DNA of 63,216 nucleotides, filler included, from Octopus bimaculoides (lineage: Eukaryota): assembly GCF_001194135.2 (NCBI RefSeq). It is 5 parts of 5 records of this genome, joined end to end, with 100 filler letters (N's around TTAATTAATTAA, not from the genome) between each part and the next. Parts side by side here need not be neighbours in the genome. Positions count along the whole stretch, not along the records: positions 1 to 24,848 come from NC_068998.1; 4 more parts are not named here. One strand, written 5' to 3'. This document shows positions 1 to 13,963 of the stretch, piece by piece. Position numbers and translations under genes: made by a program. The notes beneath the pieces are model-generated. The model saw only the letters and a list, made by a program, of their open reading frames with translations, did no database searches and was not told where the DNA came from. How positions within the stretch are numbered: the first letter of the stretch is position 1; each line of letters starts with the position of its first letter.

Positions 1-428
1 TAATAACACTGAACTCAGAAATTCAGGGTGTTCCTCGTATCGGCCGCGCGCGCGCGTGCGTGAGCACGTTTGTATATACGTATTTGTCAAAGTGTGAGAG
101 TTTATGCACGCCTTTTATCTGCCTAATTAAGTGACATGAGATAAAACATCACCACCAGCACTATCACCATCATATATATATATATATATACTATTAACAT
201 CACGAACATAACAAGCAACAACAACAATTAACTAATAAATATTAAATAGTTTTGGAAACTGGGTTGTAATAACAAACATCATTCATTATTAGTCAAATTG
301 CAGAGAAGATAGAGGTGAGTAGAAGAAATGGGAAGAAATTGGTTGTGTCAAACAGTTAGACAGACGATAGTGAGGAGAAGGAGAGAGAGAGAAAGAGAGC
401 AGAGAAATGCACCACCATACACAAACGT

Positions 429-480
<52 letters not shown>

Positions 481-1239
481 CACTGTATGACACCACCCAT
501 AAATACCACAAGTACACACAAATGTCATACTAGATTCCAGCACACCCCCACATTACACTACTGTACAACCCCACTGTATTACGCATCAAATTCTACAACT
601 ACTACCACACTAGCTTCCTTCCACAACCATCAATATAAAAATGGATATCACCAGAGCAGAGATAAAATCTTGTGGGACCTTGGACCACATACAGGTACTG
701 TGAAGGGTAATATTTTCAAAAAAAGCAAAATGTAAAAATAAAAAATAAATATATTTTCACAAGGACAACAAATAAAATCCAAACAACAAGAAGCAACTTT
801 CTGTAAAAACATCAGTAAATTGTAAGTTCTTGCCATGAAAGCAAGTCTGTTGAGTTATATTTGTGCCATTGTTGGTCTCTGTTCATTCTTTAGATATTTC
901 CTCTCAGACAAACTCTTGTCCCTAACCAGATTATTTCTCATTAAACACAAGTGAATCCATAATGCTATTTAAATATTAGGAATGAAGCATATAGGAGCAT
1001 ATAATATATTAGAAGCTTGTAGAGTTTCAGGTTTGGGCCTGAATTTTATTAAAATTCTTAAAGTGAAGAATTTTTGGTACAAATTCAAACTCAGTATTAT
1101 CTAAATAAATCTTTTGAAACTTGGTTGCTTGTGCTGAAATGTCTTCATATCTGGAAAGTCTACCAGAAAAAAAAAACAATGAATAAAGCAACTTTGTTTC
1201 ATTACAATAACAAAGAACTGAGTGTAACTTGTCTCTAAA

Positions 1240-1655
1240 ATGGTTCTTCCTTTTATTCTTTTACTTGTTTCAATTATTTTGACTGCGGTCATGCTGGAGC
1301 ACTGCTCTAAAGGTTTTTTTTTTTAGTGGAACAAATTGATCCCAGGACTTATTCTTTGTAAGCCTAGTACTTATTCTGTTGGTCTCTTTTGTTGAACCAC
1401 TAAGTTACAGGGATGTGAACACACCAACATTGGTTGTCAAGTGATGGTGGAGAACAAACACAGACACAAAGACATACATATAAATATATACATATATATA
1501 CAACGGGCTTCTTTCAGTTTCCATCTACCAAATCCACTCACAAGGTTTTGGTCATCCCTAGGCTATAGTAGCAGACACTTGCCTAAAGTGCCATGAACCC
1601 GGAACCACATGGTTGGGGAGCAAGCTTTTTACCACACAGCCACGCCTGCACCTAG
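1240..1655 (-). mobile_element. Composite tRNA-derived SINE (CORE-like centre, internal microsatellite, GGTGCTCCAGCATGGCCGCAGTC-type tail)
   Basis: Reverse complement collinear with copies at 32945-33315 and 47826-48320; boundaries approximate. Confidence 0.8.
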
Positions 1656-1672
1656 ATATGTTTCTACTTTAA

Positions 1673-1890
1673 CCCTTTTGTTACGATATTTCTGTTGAAA
1701 TGCACAACCTTTGTTTCAATTCATCTTCAAAAAAGAATGCAGAACTTAGTCAAATAATTTTATAATTATATGAAGCTGGGGTTTTTGGAATAAATTAAAT
1801 TTGATAGAAGATTTTAATTTAGATCATTTTAAAGCAAAAAATTTGTCTTGGAATCGGGGGGTGATCTTAGGCAGGTTGGTATCAATAGGG
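1673..1890. mobile_element. piggyBac-like MITE
   Basis: TTAA at 1669-1672 and 1891-1894 flanking CCCTT...AGGG termini; inverted second copy at 18207-18431. Confidence 0.75.
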
Positions 1891-1926
1891 TTAAACTGTT
1901 TTACTTCACAAAGCAACATCTTCAGT

Positions 1927-2165
1927 GAAGGTGCATGGTTTAGTGGTTAGGTTGTTGGAATCATAATCATAAGACTGAGGTTTCAATTCCTGAACCGGGC
2001 GATGCAGTGTGTTCTTGAGCAAAACACTTCGTTTCACATTGCTCCAGTCCACTCAGCTAGCAAAAATGAGTAATCCTGCACTGAACCGGTGTCTTGTCCA
2101 TTGGGGAATATATACTCCACAGAAACCAGCCTTATGAGTCTATATGATTCAAGGAGCTTTATCCT
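1927..2165 (+). mobile_element. tRNA-derived SINE (second family)
   Basis: A-box-like TGGTTTAGTGG and B-box-like GTTTCAATTCC, followed by TTCTTGAGCAAAACAC...CTCCAGTCCACTCAGCT; 3' part shared with insert at 36285-36412. Confidence 0.7.
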
Positions 2166-3879
2166 TTTTTATCTTTCTTCAGCATTACCATTCTTTTTAC
2201 CAATTCTCTTGTTTTTGTTCAATCATTACTGTATTCCGTATTTTCTACTTTAATTTTTTGCTTTATTTTAGGATACTAGAACTTTCACAAATGAACTGAA
2301 GTTAAAGTAATGGTAGGGGCCTTATGTCTACACTTTCTAGTTACTACTCCATGGTTTGCTCATAAAACAACACAGTTTGCATTTAGCTAACCTTATAACT
2401 TTCACATAACACCAAATATTACTATTCTTTGGTTATACAAATTATTCCACATTTTGCTGGAAAAACAAGCTTGGTATCATGAATTTGGGAAATTTTTACT
2501 CACTGACCACCACTCTTGATAAACAGAATAGTTGTTTTTTTTTTTTTACTTCTATAGTACCATCATCATCATCATCACCATTTAATGTTTATGTTCCATG
2601 ATGGCATGGGTTGGATGGTTTGATAGGATCCAATGGCACCAAAGACTGCATCATACTCCACTGTCTACTTTTGCATGATTTCTTTGGCTAGATGCTTTTC
2701 CTGATGCCAACCACTTAACAGATTGTACTGGGTATGCATGTTTTTTTCTGCTATTCTTGTTTTTTTTTGTGTGTGTGCGTCATCAGCACCGGTAAGGTTG
2801 CCTTGCAGCTTGCAAGACTACAAACCTCAAGGGAGGCAATTTTATGCAAGTAGATGAAGGATGAAAGTATGAGAGGAACCAGAGCAGAGATAGGTTTCTA
2901 GTTGTAGAGGAGCTACAGGACAATTCACATTTTAGAAGAGATGGTGGTGGGGTGATTGGGGTGGAGTGAGGAGGAGATGCAAAGAGTGGCGATGCGGTGT
3001 CTGTGTGGATCCTCAAAGTATGAGGTGTGAAGTAAATGGAGAAAGAAGAATTGACAGTCTGGGTGTGTGGAGGTAGCAAGAATGCATGGAAGGGTGTGAG
3101 TTGGGGAATGGGTGACTATGTTTATTACAAATATGAATATACACTATATTCACTGACCCCTTTTTAAACCCCTGATCTAGAGTACTTATATTTGGATTTA
3201 GCATTCATAGGCACAGGCATGGCTGCGTGTTTTACAACCATGTAATCTTGGGTTCAGTCCCGTTGCTTGGCACCTTTGGTAGGTGTCTTCTCCTATAACT
3301 GTGGGCCAACAAAAAAGCCTTGTGATTGGATTTGGTAGATGGAAACTGAAAGAAGCCTATCATGTGTGTGTGTGTGTGTACCCTTGTCTTGGCATTGCAT
3401 GGTAGTTGTAAAAGAGCATGATAGTTGTAAAAGAGCATGTTATTTGATTCTAATCTTCTGTGAAAAATATGTTTGGTCATGGGGAAGTATTACTCGGCTT
3501 GGAAACTGGTGAGGGTTGGCGACAGGAACAGCATCCAGAAGCAGGAAATCTGCCTCAAAAAATTCTGCTTGACCCATGCAAGAATGGAAAAGTGGAGGTT
3601 AAATGATGATAATGATGATGAAATAAAATAACTCTTTTGCTTAATCAATATCAACCCCACCACCAATAGCAGTACCACCACTACCATCATCGCAACTTTA
3701 CATTAGATTGCCCCACTAGCAGCATCACAGCCACAAAAACCACCAAACCAATGACGAAAGCCTCCATGTGGTCGTCTGATCTGTTAAATATAACAGCCAA
3801 TTTTCCCTCAAATCACATCTTACTGTTTTAAGTAAGGAATTAGCATATTGCATAAATGGAAAGACAAGGTTGATCACAG

Positions 3880-4490
3880 CTAATATGCCACTGATCGTAG
3901 TTTTAATTGATCAAGAGTGACGGGGGGGGGGGNNNNNNNNNNNNNNNNNNNNNNNNNNNNNNNNNNNNNNNNNNNNNNNNNNNNNNNNNNNNNNNNNNNN
4001 NNNNNNNNNNNNNNNNNNNNNNNNNNNNNNNNNNNGGGGGGGGGGGGCAGAAACAATACCCACCACCACCACCACACCACCGCCGCCACCACCACCACAA
4101 CAACAACACTATCCCACCTGCTACATTAGATCAAATCCCTGTACCGTCACCAACACATTACACCATTACAATGCTAAAACCACCACCACCACCACCATCA
4201 CAGCAATGCCACATTACACCAGTTTCATCCACCACCACCACAACTAGCACCACACCATTGCTGCCACCACCACCACCACCACAATCACATATGAGATTTC
4301 ATTTCTGCCACCACTACCACCACACCATTAAACTACATTAGACAAGATTTTAACAACACCACTATCACCAAAACGTTTACACCAGATTCCATTGTTACAA
4401 CTATCACCACCACATCACATTACACCACCACCACCACACACACACAGTACCACATTGCATCAAATTCCTCAACCACCACTACCACCACGA
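3880..4490. repeat. (CAC/ACC)n low-complexity tract with G-run and gap
   Basis: Degenerate CAC triplets; the Pro/Thr/His-rich ORF is an artefact of this repeat. Confidence 0.85.
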
Positions 4491-5499
4491 TAAAGGTTAT
4501 CTGGGAAAAGAGAAGATAATGAATTAAATGAAATTAGGTTGTAAAGTAAAAAAAATAGAAAACCTAAAAAACCTACTATTCCAGATAGGTTGCTTCATTA
4601 CCATTTTGACATATTTTTACAGGGTGCCAGTCTATCCCAGTACAACACTTCATTATCATATTGACATAGTTTACATGGTACCACACTATACTTTATTCCA
4701 CTACTATACTTCATAACCATAGTGACATATTCTACAAGGTACCACAGTCTCCTTATGTTTACGTCAGGACATTTATGCACATAAGACTGCAAGGAAACCA
4801 TAAGGTGGGGAATGAATTTACGAATGAAAGAAATGTTTAGTACATTATCTTTTGGTGGGGGATAACGTGTGTCGTGTCATTGTGTGTCTGGTGCATGTGG
4901 GTAGTTCGTAAAGGCATAGAATCTTCTGGACGAAGAAGAAGAAACTGTGGATCTGAGTCGCTGGAGTTTTGACATTGTTGACATTACTAAATTAATCCGA
5001 TATCAAGATGAGGTTAATATTAGCAGCTGCCTGATTAGAACGAACAAGGTAAGGGAGACAACAGAGATATACTAAAAAGACTAAGAGCAAAATTGTCACA
5101 GACAGTGTCAGAGTTATCTCCCTGAGATTTAAAATTAATATCACAAATCACATTAATACAAGTAGTATTTAATCTGAGTTGAGTGACCAAAAAGATGGAT
5201 TTTAAAAAATCTGTACTTGTATATCAAAAGTACAGCTCTGCCACACACTGCGTCAGGCTAACTCACCTGCAGAGTAAAGTAATGCATACGTTTGTGGAAT
5301 ACACAGCCATTTAAATGATAATTCAGCGAGCAGGTATTTCAATTGATCGAACTGAAGGCATGTCTACACAGGTGAGTCCTCACCCCTGACTTTGTCACCT
5401 TATAAGTTTCAGGAAAACAGGTACTTTTTTTAATGAAATTTTCCACAAATATCCTTCAGGTCATGTAGATTATCATTGTCAAAACTTCTCAAACTATCT

Positions 5500-5768
5500 G
5501 ATGTGGTGTACCAGCAGTTTTTTTTTCCAATGTGCCAGGGACCAGTAATATTTCTTAGTAATATTAATTTATACCGGAAACAATATATATAATGGATATA
5601 ATAAAAGTTGACAATTTTTTTATCTTAAATTTATTTTGTAAACAAATAATACAATATTACAAAAGCATTTTATAATGTTTCTTTCTTTTCTGGAAACTTG
5701 CCGCGTACTGGCAGCTGATGGCTCACAGACTGGTGCTGGTCCATGGACCACCACTCTGAGTAGCACTG
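5500..5768. mobile_element. hAT (Charlie-like) MITE remnant
   Basis: Right end CTGAGTAGCACTG reads CAGTGCTACTCAG on the minus strand, with GGTCCATGGACC subterminal motif; left end not resolved. Confidence 0.45.
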
Positions 5769-5974
5769 CTCTATATGGTTCCTTAGCATACTGGAAATAG
5801 CAGCCAAATATCTCTCAAATTACACCCTATCTCGTAGCTTAAAAAAAAAAAAAAAGAATGTCATATCTATACTGTAGTCCAAGATACATTAAAATACACA
5901 GCTGGAATGCTTATGACCAGAGTCCTGGTAGATTTTAAACTGACCAGGGTCTAAACAACAACAAATGCCATTAC

Positions 5975-6345
5975 TATTTTATCTTTTGTTAGAGTCACTG
6001 GACTGCAGCCATGCTGGAGCACCACCTTGAAAAATTTAGTCAAACAAATCAACTCCAGTACTTATTTTTTAAGCCTGGCACTTATTTTATCAGTCTCTTT
6101 TGCTGAACCACTACTAAGTTACAAGTACATAAACAAACCAACACTGGTTGTCAACTAGTAAGGGGACAAACACAAACATGCACACACACACATTTGATGG
6201 GCTTCTATACAGTTTCTGGCTATCAAAGTCACTCACAATGATTTAGTCGGCCAGGGACTATAGGAGAAGATACTTGCTCAAGGTGCCACACAGTGGGACT
6301 GAACCTAAAACTGCATGGTTACAAAGTGAGCTTCTGAACCGCAAC
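5975..6345 (-). mobile_element. Composite SINE, CpG-decayed copy
   Basis: GACTGCAGCCATGCTGGAGCACCACC tail and GGTGCCACACAGTGGGACTGAACC head segment. Confidence 0.8.
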
Positions 6346-6814
6346 AATATCACCACATTTCTGTAGCCAGTCTGCAGAATAACACATTTGCCATTTTGGC
6401 TGCTGAAACTACAAAATATTTACATGACTTACTGTAATATACCACTCAATAAACAACTAATTAATTAATAAATAAATAAATAATGTTACTATCACCACCA
6501 ACACCAATTATACAATCCCTCAATTTTGTGGTGTAGGAGTGATGCAGAAAAGAAACTCTATGCTATATAAATAGTGAGTCTAAAATTATCTTTGCCTTTT
6601 AGTTAGTTTGCCTCTGAGACTGTTCAACCTACAAAACTGACCAACAAGCCAATGAAAAAGTAGTTGTTGAACCTGTTTAGAAATAGCAGCAAAATCTCCC
6701 TCAAGTAACAACCTGCTATCTTACATAGGGTAATGTGATATGAAAACTGCCCAATATCATACCAAGCATTCTGGTGTAATTTATAAAACATTATAAAATC
6801 GAATGACACAGTCA

Positions 6815-7110
6815 CATGGTTCTGAGTTCAGTCCCACTATGTGGCCTCCTTGGGCAGACCAAAGCCTTGCAAGTAGATTTGGCAGATAGAAACTGAAAGA
6901 AGCCCATCGTATATATGTCTTTGTGTGTGCGTTTGCCACCCACCTCTCTGCTTGACAACTGATGTTGGTATGTTTATGTCTCCATAACTTAGTGGTTCAG
7001 ATAAGTATCAAGCTTAAAAAAAAATACTGGGGTCACTTCATTTGACTAAAGATTCTTCAAGGTGGTGCCCCAGCATGGATGCAGTCTAATGACAAACAAG
7101 TAAAAGGTAA
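6815..7110 (+). mobile_element. Composite SINE
   Basis: GGTTCTGAGTTCAGTCCCACT ... GGAAACTGAAAGAAGCCC-like core ... GGTGGTGCCCCAGCATGG tail. Confidence 0.75.
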
Positions 7111-7148
7111 AAATATGCATGCATGCATACATACATACACATATATAG

Positions 7149-7470
7149 GAGCACTCCGTCGGTTACGACGACGAGGGTCCCAGCTGATACAATCAACGGA
7201 ACAGCTTGCTTGTGAAATTAACGTGCAAGTGACTGAGCAATCCACAGACACGTGTGCCCCTAACGTAGTTCTCAGGGAGATTCAGCATGACACAGAGTGT
7301 GACAAGGCCGGCTCTTTGAAATACAGGTACTACTCATTTTTGCCAGCTGAATGGACTGGAGCAATGTGAAATAAAGTGTTTTGCTCAAGGAGACAATGTG
7401 TCGCCAGGAATTGAACTCATGACGTGATGATCATGAGCCGAATGCCCTAACCACTAAACCATGCGCCTTC
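7149..7470 (-). mobile_element. tRNA-derived SINE (family of 31556-31937)
   Basis: Shares CACTCCGTCGGTTACGACGACGAGGG...GAAATTAACGTGCAAGTG...CAGACACGTGT block; tRNA-like head near 7400-7470. Confidence 0.85.
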
Positions 7471-8214
7471 ACATACACATATATATGTAGACATATACAT
7501 ACATATATCCTGACACATCATTATCATTAGCACTGTTTTTGTCCACTATTCCATGTTTGCATGCATTAAACAGAATTCTTTGAGGCAGACTTTCCATGGC
7601 CACATGCCCTGTTGTCAACCCTCATCCATTTCCAAGCAAGGTATATTTCCCCATCACCAGACACATTTACAAAGATTGGAAATGAAAATACTGCTTGCAT
7701 GATGCTGACAACTATCACATGGTATCAAGATGAGGTAACAAAAACAGGCAGTCATGCATGCGCATGCACACACACACACACATATGTATGCATACATATA
7801 TTTAAGAAAAAATTTTACACACAGATTTCACCAGTGCTGGTACCACATGAGAAGCACCAAGCCCAATCTGTAAAGTGGTTGGCATTGGGAAGGTAATCAG
7901 CTATAAAATCCATGCCAAAACAGAGTGGATCTTAGTGCGGTCCTCTGGCTTACCAGCTTCTGTCAAGCTGTCCAACCCATGCCACCATGGAAAACAGATG
8001 TTAAAGGATGATGATGATGAGGATGATGATGATGACGATAGGCTTCTTTCAGTTTCCTGTCCATCAAATACACTTACAAGGCTTTAGTCAATCTGAGGCT
8101 ATTGTAGAAGATACATTTTCCAAAAGTACCACGCAGTGAGACTGAACATGAAACCATGTGGTTAGAAAGTAAAACTTCTCAACCACACAGCCATTCTCGT
8201 GCATATATATATAA

Positions 8215-8267
<53 letters not shown>

Positions 8268-9634
8268 CTTTTCTAGTACTTGTCTATTAGACTGCAGCCA
8301 TGCTGGGGCACCATCTTAAAGAATATTAATTGAACAAATTGGACCCAGTATTTATTTATTTTTTTAAGCCTGATACTTATTTTATCAGTCTCTTGTGCTG
8401 AACTGCTAGCTTATGAGAGCATAAACCAACCAACACAGGCTGTCAAGTAGTGGTGGGGGACAAACACAGACACAAACGCAACTCCTTTCAATGCAAAAGA
8501 AAGAATTTTATTAAAAAGAATTTCCTGCACTGCTTATATTTTGAGTGACTCAGCCATGTACAGATGAAAACATGAAATATCGTAGATCAGAGGTTGGTTT
8601 CAAGTATTCATAAAGGAAATATATGTGTGGATGTCACTATCATCATCATATATGTATGTATGTATGTATGTATGGAGAGGGAGAGAAAGAGAGAGGGGCA
8701 ATTATGTGGATAAACAAATTAAATATTACAGCTTGGGCTAGATATACAAAATATTTATATGCATATATGTAAATAGAAAGAAAGCAAAGACTGAAGATTT
8801 TCAGACAATGAATATTTAAGTATAAATATATAAATATTTATATATTAATAGATCAAACTTACACAGAGTACAAACGACAGAGAAAACTAAAGGGGAGGAG
8901 GTTAAGTGTTACAAGTCCAACAGCTGTTTCCAGGGGCTTGGAGATCCATCATAATGTTGGTAGATGTAGTTCACCAAAATATGCAGCCAGTAATGGAAGC
9001 AAATAAACACTGAATAAATCGAGCCTCCATCATCAGGGTAGGAAAAAAACTTACATTTCAGATCATGATGCAGAGAAGTTTTGTAAAATCATATCTTTAA
9101 CACCTTACCAATACTGGTTGTCAAGCAGTGGCAGGGGATAAAACAAAGCACACATATACACCAAATCTCTCCCTCTTTATACACACACATATATGTAGAG
9201 TTGGCTAGCAGGACTTCAACTGTCCATGCCACAATAGATAGTTGGAGTCCAGACAACTCCCCGCTAGCTAGCTCCATGTCAAACTGTCCAACTTATACCA
9301 GTATGGAGACCAGACATTAAACGAAGATGATGATGATACACACAAACACACACACAAATGCATGTTTCCTCACAGTTTCCATCCACCAAATTCCCTCACA
9401 AGGCATTTGGTTGATCTGAGACTGTAGAAGATATTTACCCAAGATTCCGTACAGTGGGACTGAATCTAAAATCATGTGGCTGCAAAGCAAGCTTCTTAAC
9501 CACACAGCCAAGAATTAATTCTGTCATTCCAGACTTTAATTGTAAAGTTGCACCATCATCCTTTTTCTTGTGTCACTACACCAACTCTTTTTTTTTTTTT
9601 TTTTTTTGCATTGAAGGGATGAATGATGACATAC

Positions 9635-9709
9635 TTTAAATTGATGGATAAACGACAAAGGAAATGATGTTTAGCATCACTGTGCTTAAACATGGCAGTT
9701 ATTTTACCT
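9635..9709 (-). CDS. Candidate internal coding exon of an unidentified minus-strand gene (GKITAMFKHSDAKHHFLCRLSINL)
   Basis: Long pyrimidine acceptor TTCTGTTTACTTTACTTTCTTCTTCATAG, donor AA|GTATGT, 75 nt, phase 2/2, only one frame open; no family recognised. Confidence 0.4.
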
Positions 9710-11070
9710 CTATGAAGAAGAAAGTAAAGTAAACAGAACTGTGTTATTTATACATTCATATAACAGGAACTGAACTCCTCCCTGNNNNNNNNNNNNNNNN
9801 NNNNNNNNNNNNNNNNNNNNNNNNNNNNNNNNNNNNNNNNNNNNNNNNNNNNNNNNNNNNNNNNNNNNNNNNNNNNNNNNNNNNNNNNNNNNNNNNNNNN
9901 NNNNNNNNNNNNNNNNNNNNNNNNNNNNNNNNNNNNNNNNNNNNNNNNNNNNNNNNNNNNNNNNNNNNNNNNNNNNNNNNNNNNNNNNNNNNNNNNNNNN
10001 NNNNNNNNNNNNNNNNNNNNNNNNNNNNNNNNNNNNNNNNNNNNNNNNNNNNNNNNNNNNNNNNNNNNNNNNNNNNNNNNNNNNNNNNNNNNNNNNNNNN
10101 NNNNNNNNNNNNNNNNNNNNNNNNNNNNNNNNNNNNNNNNNNNNNNNNNNNNNNNNNNNNNNNNNNNNNNNNNNNNNNNNNNNNNNNNNNNNNNNNNNNN
10201 NNNNNNNNNNNNNNNNNNNNNNNNNNNNNNNNNNNNNNNNNNNNNNNNNNNNNNNNNNNNNNNNNNNNNNNNNNNNNNNNNNNNNNNNNNNNNNNNNNNN
10301 NNNNNNNNNNNNNNNNNNNNNNNNNNNNNNNNNNNNNNNNNNNNNNNNNNNNNNNNNNNNNNNNNNNNNNNNNNNNNNNNNNNNNNNNNNNNNNNNNNNN
10401 NNNNNNNNNNNNNNNNNNNNNNNNNNNNNNNNNNNNNNNNNNNNNNNNNNNNNNNNNNNNNNNNNNNNNNNNNNNNNNNNNNNNNNNNNNNNNNNNNNNN
10501 NNNNNNNNNNNNNNNNNNNNNNNNNNNNNNNNNNNNNNNNNNNNNNNNNNNNNNNNNNNNNNNNNNNNNNNNNNNNNNNNNNNNNNNNNNNNNNNNNNNN
10601 NNNNNNNNNNNNNNNNNNNNNNNNNNNNNNNNNNNNNNNNNNNNNNNNNNNNNNNNNNNNNNNNNNNNNNNNNNNNTGATTATTATCAATCATGATCTAG
10701 AAACGCGTTTACTGTTAAACATCGGAATTGGTTAGTTTTCATTGTTTTTTCTTCTTGTTTTTGCCTTTGTGAGTTTCAAGTGATGCTATCTGTGGGATTC
10801 TCAGCTTTTTTAGCTGCTATTTCTGAACTTCGGTATATGGTGAAGCAAATATTTGCTGATCCCTTAATTATATTTATAAATATATATGAGCTTTTAAATA
10901 AGTTCTCCACCAATAATGGTGCTTTCATACCGATGGGCTTGGTAAAAATTGTTAATAACCCATGCTAGCATGGAAAGCGGACGTTAAACGATGATGATGA
11001 TGATGATGATGATTTATTAATTAATAAATTGATAATCCTTTACCCTTTTAATTTGTATATATATATATAT

Positions 11071-11101
<31 letters not shown>

Positions 11102-11315
11102 TATGTATGTGTGTATACACACATTACATGTATATATCTTTATCTTTTACTTTTATCAAACAAATCAACCCCAGTGCTTATTTTTCTTTTCTAAGTCTGG
11201 TACTTATTCTACTGCCCTCTTTTGCTGAAGTGCTAAGTTACGGGGATATAAACAAACCAACACCAGGCATCAAGCTGTGTGGTGGGTAAATACAAACACA
11301 CAGATAGATACATAC

Positions 11316-11351
<36 letters not shown>

Positions 11352-11354
<3 letters not shown>

Positions 11355-11585
11355 TAGTACCCACTGACTGGCCCCCGTGCCAGTGGCACATAAAAAGCAC
11401 CGTCTGAACGTGACTGATGCCAGGACTGCCTGACTGGCTCCTGTGATGGTGGCACGTAAAAAGCACCCACTACACTTTCAGAGAGGTTGGCATTAGGAAG
11501 GGCATCCAACTGTAGAAACATTGCCAAATCAGATTGGAGCCTGGTGCAGCCGCTGGCTCTCCAGACCTCAGTCAAATGATGATAA
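11352..11585 (+). mobile_element. SINE with GGTTGGCATTAGGAAGGGCATCC centre and (GAT)n tail
   Basis: Collinear with copies at 24604-24848, 34863-35150 and 16985-17290. Confidence 0.8.
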
Positions 11586-13574
11586 TGATGTATACACACA
11601 CGCTAAGCTTCTTTCAGTTTCCATTTACCATATGTACTCAGTTTTTTGTTTTTTTTACTTGAGGCTATATATAGTAGAAGTCACTTGCCCAAGATACCAT
11701 GCTGTGGGGGACACACAAACACACATACATACATACGAACAAAGTCTGGTGGAACTGTTTATACTGATATGAGAAAGGGCAAAACTAGGTATCTTGCTGT
11801 CATGAAACTGTTGCTTCAAGCAGATAGAACTTGTCATAGGAGAAAGGAAACACTGATTTCAAAACACTGCAGCCTTGTGGCCATATCCAATCATAGGAAA
11901 GGGGTCAAACTAAACCCTGGGGAGAAATCTGGAGCTACAGTCTCTAGGGAAACTTGACGTTGTCTTCATGTTTATTGTGGCAACTCCTGCAACAACATTA
12001 CTGCCATGCTGTATCAACTGTTCTTCAGCCTTTGGATATCATGAATGGGACAGAAGAGGGAGATCTGCTGTGTGGGCAACTGCTGATCTTTTATACAATG
12101 TTGCTCAGGACTTCAAAAAAAGGACAAACCAGTGTTGTCTCACTGTGATAACACAACACAGACAGCCATAGTCTAACATGGGGGCCTCTCAAAACCACAA
12201 CACTGCTCTGCCAACACACTGAAGCAAGATTCTCTATGCATATCTAAGGTCTCACAACACACACAAGCATGCATGCTTGCTACAAGCTTCCACAGTGTCA
12301 GTTACCTGTATTCCATCCAAGGGCAATGGCAGAAGACACTTGTTCAAAGATGTTCCAGTCATTCTTTTATTCTTTTACTTGTTTCAGTCAATGGACTGTG
12401 GTTATGCTGTGTATATTTCCATACAAAGTGTCTCTAGCACTACAATCGTCAATATGCATTGCTTTTGATTTTTCAAAACATAGGGTGTATTTTGAGGGAG
12501 ATTTTGCTACTATTTCTAGCAGGATGAGCGATCACATAGAGATTACCCCACATTGACTTGATTGAGTGTTTCTCAGATTAGATGAACTATTTGGGTGTAA
12601 CCAGGAAATATGAGGATTAGCACTCCCAGTTAAAATCTAATCATTTTATAGAAATACAAGAGATTCTAATTTTGGCACATGGCCAGAAATTTTGAAGGGA
12701 GGTGGGAGTCAATTACATCAACACCAGTACGTGATACTTTATTTTATTGGTCCCAGTGGAAAGAAAAACAAGGTCAACCTCAGTGGAATTTGAACTCAGA
12801 ACAGAATGAGAAGGAAGAGATGCTACTATTCATTTTGTCTGACATGCAAACAATTCTGCTAGTTCACCATCTTGGAGAGAAATATTAATGGTTTCTGAGA
12901 CGGGTTTCTTCTACAATCCACAATAACATATATTCGTCTTCAGCACATTAACAAATGTACCATATGTACCATTAATTATAGGATTTATGCAACATTGGTC
13001 TATCATTATGTCTTCAAAGCTAATAACTGCAGTATCTGCTCTTGATAGAAGTATTCTGGCTATTAGAAAGATCAATTGGATTAGAGCTAACTTGGGGCTA
13101 AACAGCAGAAGGATGAAGAATGGAAAGATGTTGGCTCCTTTACCTCTGAGGGATACTAAATGACAACCCAGAGGAATTGGAAGAACATAAATAAAAACAT
13201 GGAAGAGATTAATGAGGGGAATCCAGCTATTATTTCTAACAGGATGAGCAAACTACCTATAGGTTTCTTCACTGGTGTGTGGTTGTTGAATATAGGTGGG
13301 TGGATGGGTGGGTCATGGAAAGAAGGTAGCAGCATACAATGATACTGATGAGGTATATTACAGTAGTATCGGTGAACTGATTTATATTCCAGTACATCAC
13401 CCATTTGTTTTAGTACTGACTGTTAGTAACATATTTAGTCATTTTTCAGAAATGACCTTCACATCTGATGGTATTTCTACAACCTTCGATCTACTTTTCA
13501 GCTCTAAATAACACTTTTATCTGACTCTCTATCTTTTCTTTTCCTCTGGTTTATAAACAGTTCTTGAAATAAAG

Positions 13575-13605
<31 letters not shown>

Positions 13606-13897
13606 GGTTTCACCAGTCCTCAGTCAAATCGTCCAACCCATGCTAGCATGGAAAGCAGATGTTAAATGATGATGATGATGATGATGATGATATACACACA
13701 CACACACACATATAAATACATATGTGTGTGTATGTATAAAATGCAGTGTTTTTTTGTTTTGCTTGGTTTGGTTTTTGCGAAGATGGAATCTATTAACCAA
13801 AATCCACCTACTATTGAAAATCTATTTGAATAAACTAAGTGTGTTTTAGCAGACATAAAAACATTCCTCCATTTTCCTTTGTGTATTCTCGCCTCAC

Positions 13898-13963
13898 ATG
13901 AAGGTTTTTGAAGAATTGCTCATTATATTTTCTGGGTTATTGCTGACAAAAATAGACATTGCT
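13898..13963 (-). CDS. Candidate coding exon (AMSIFVSNNPENIMSNSSKTF), phase-compatible with 9635-9709
   Basis: Acceptor TTTCTGGCTCAACAACAG, donor AT|GTGAGG, 66 nt, phase 2/2. Confidence 0.25.

Noticed and set aside
835-954. 39-aa signal-like small ORF MKASLLSYICAIVGLCSFF...
   Set aside because: Short, the antisense frame is partly open too, and nothing else supports it
9750-9784. GGVQFLLYE resemblance to a mitochondrial carrier motif
   Set aside because: Only ~10 codons next to a gap, running into the pyrimidine tract of the neighbouring acceptor; probably chance
9710-10693. Long ORFs spanning N runs (and all similar X-rich ORFs)
   Set aside because: Open only because N codons contain no stops
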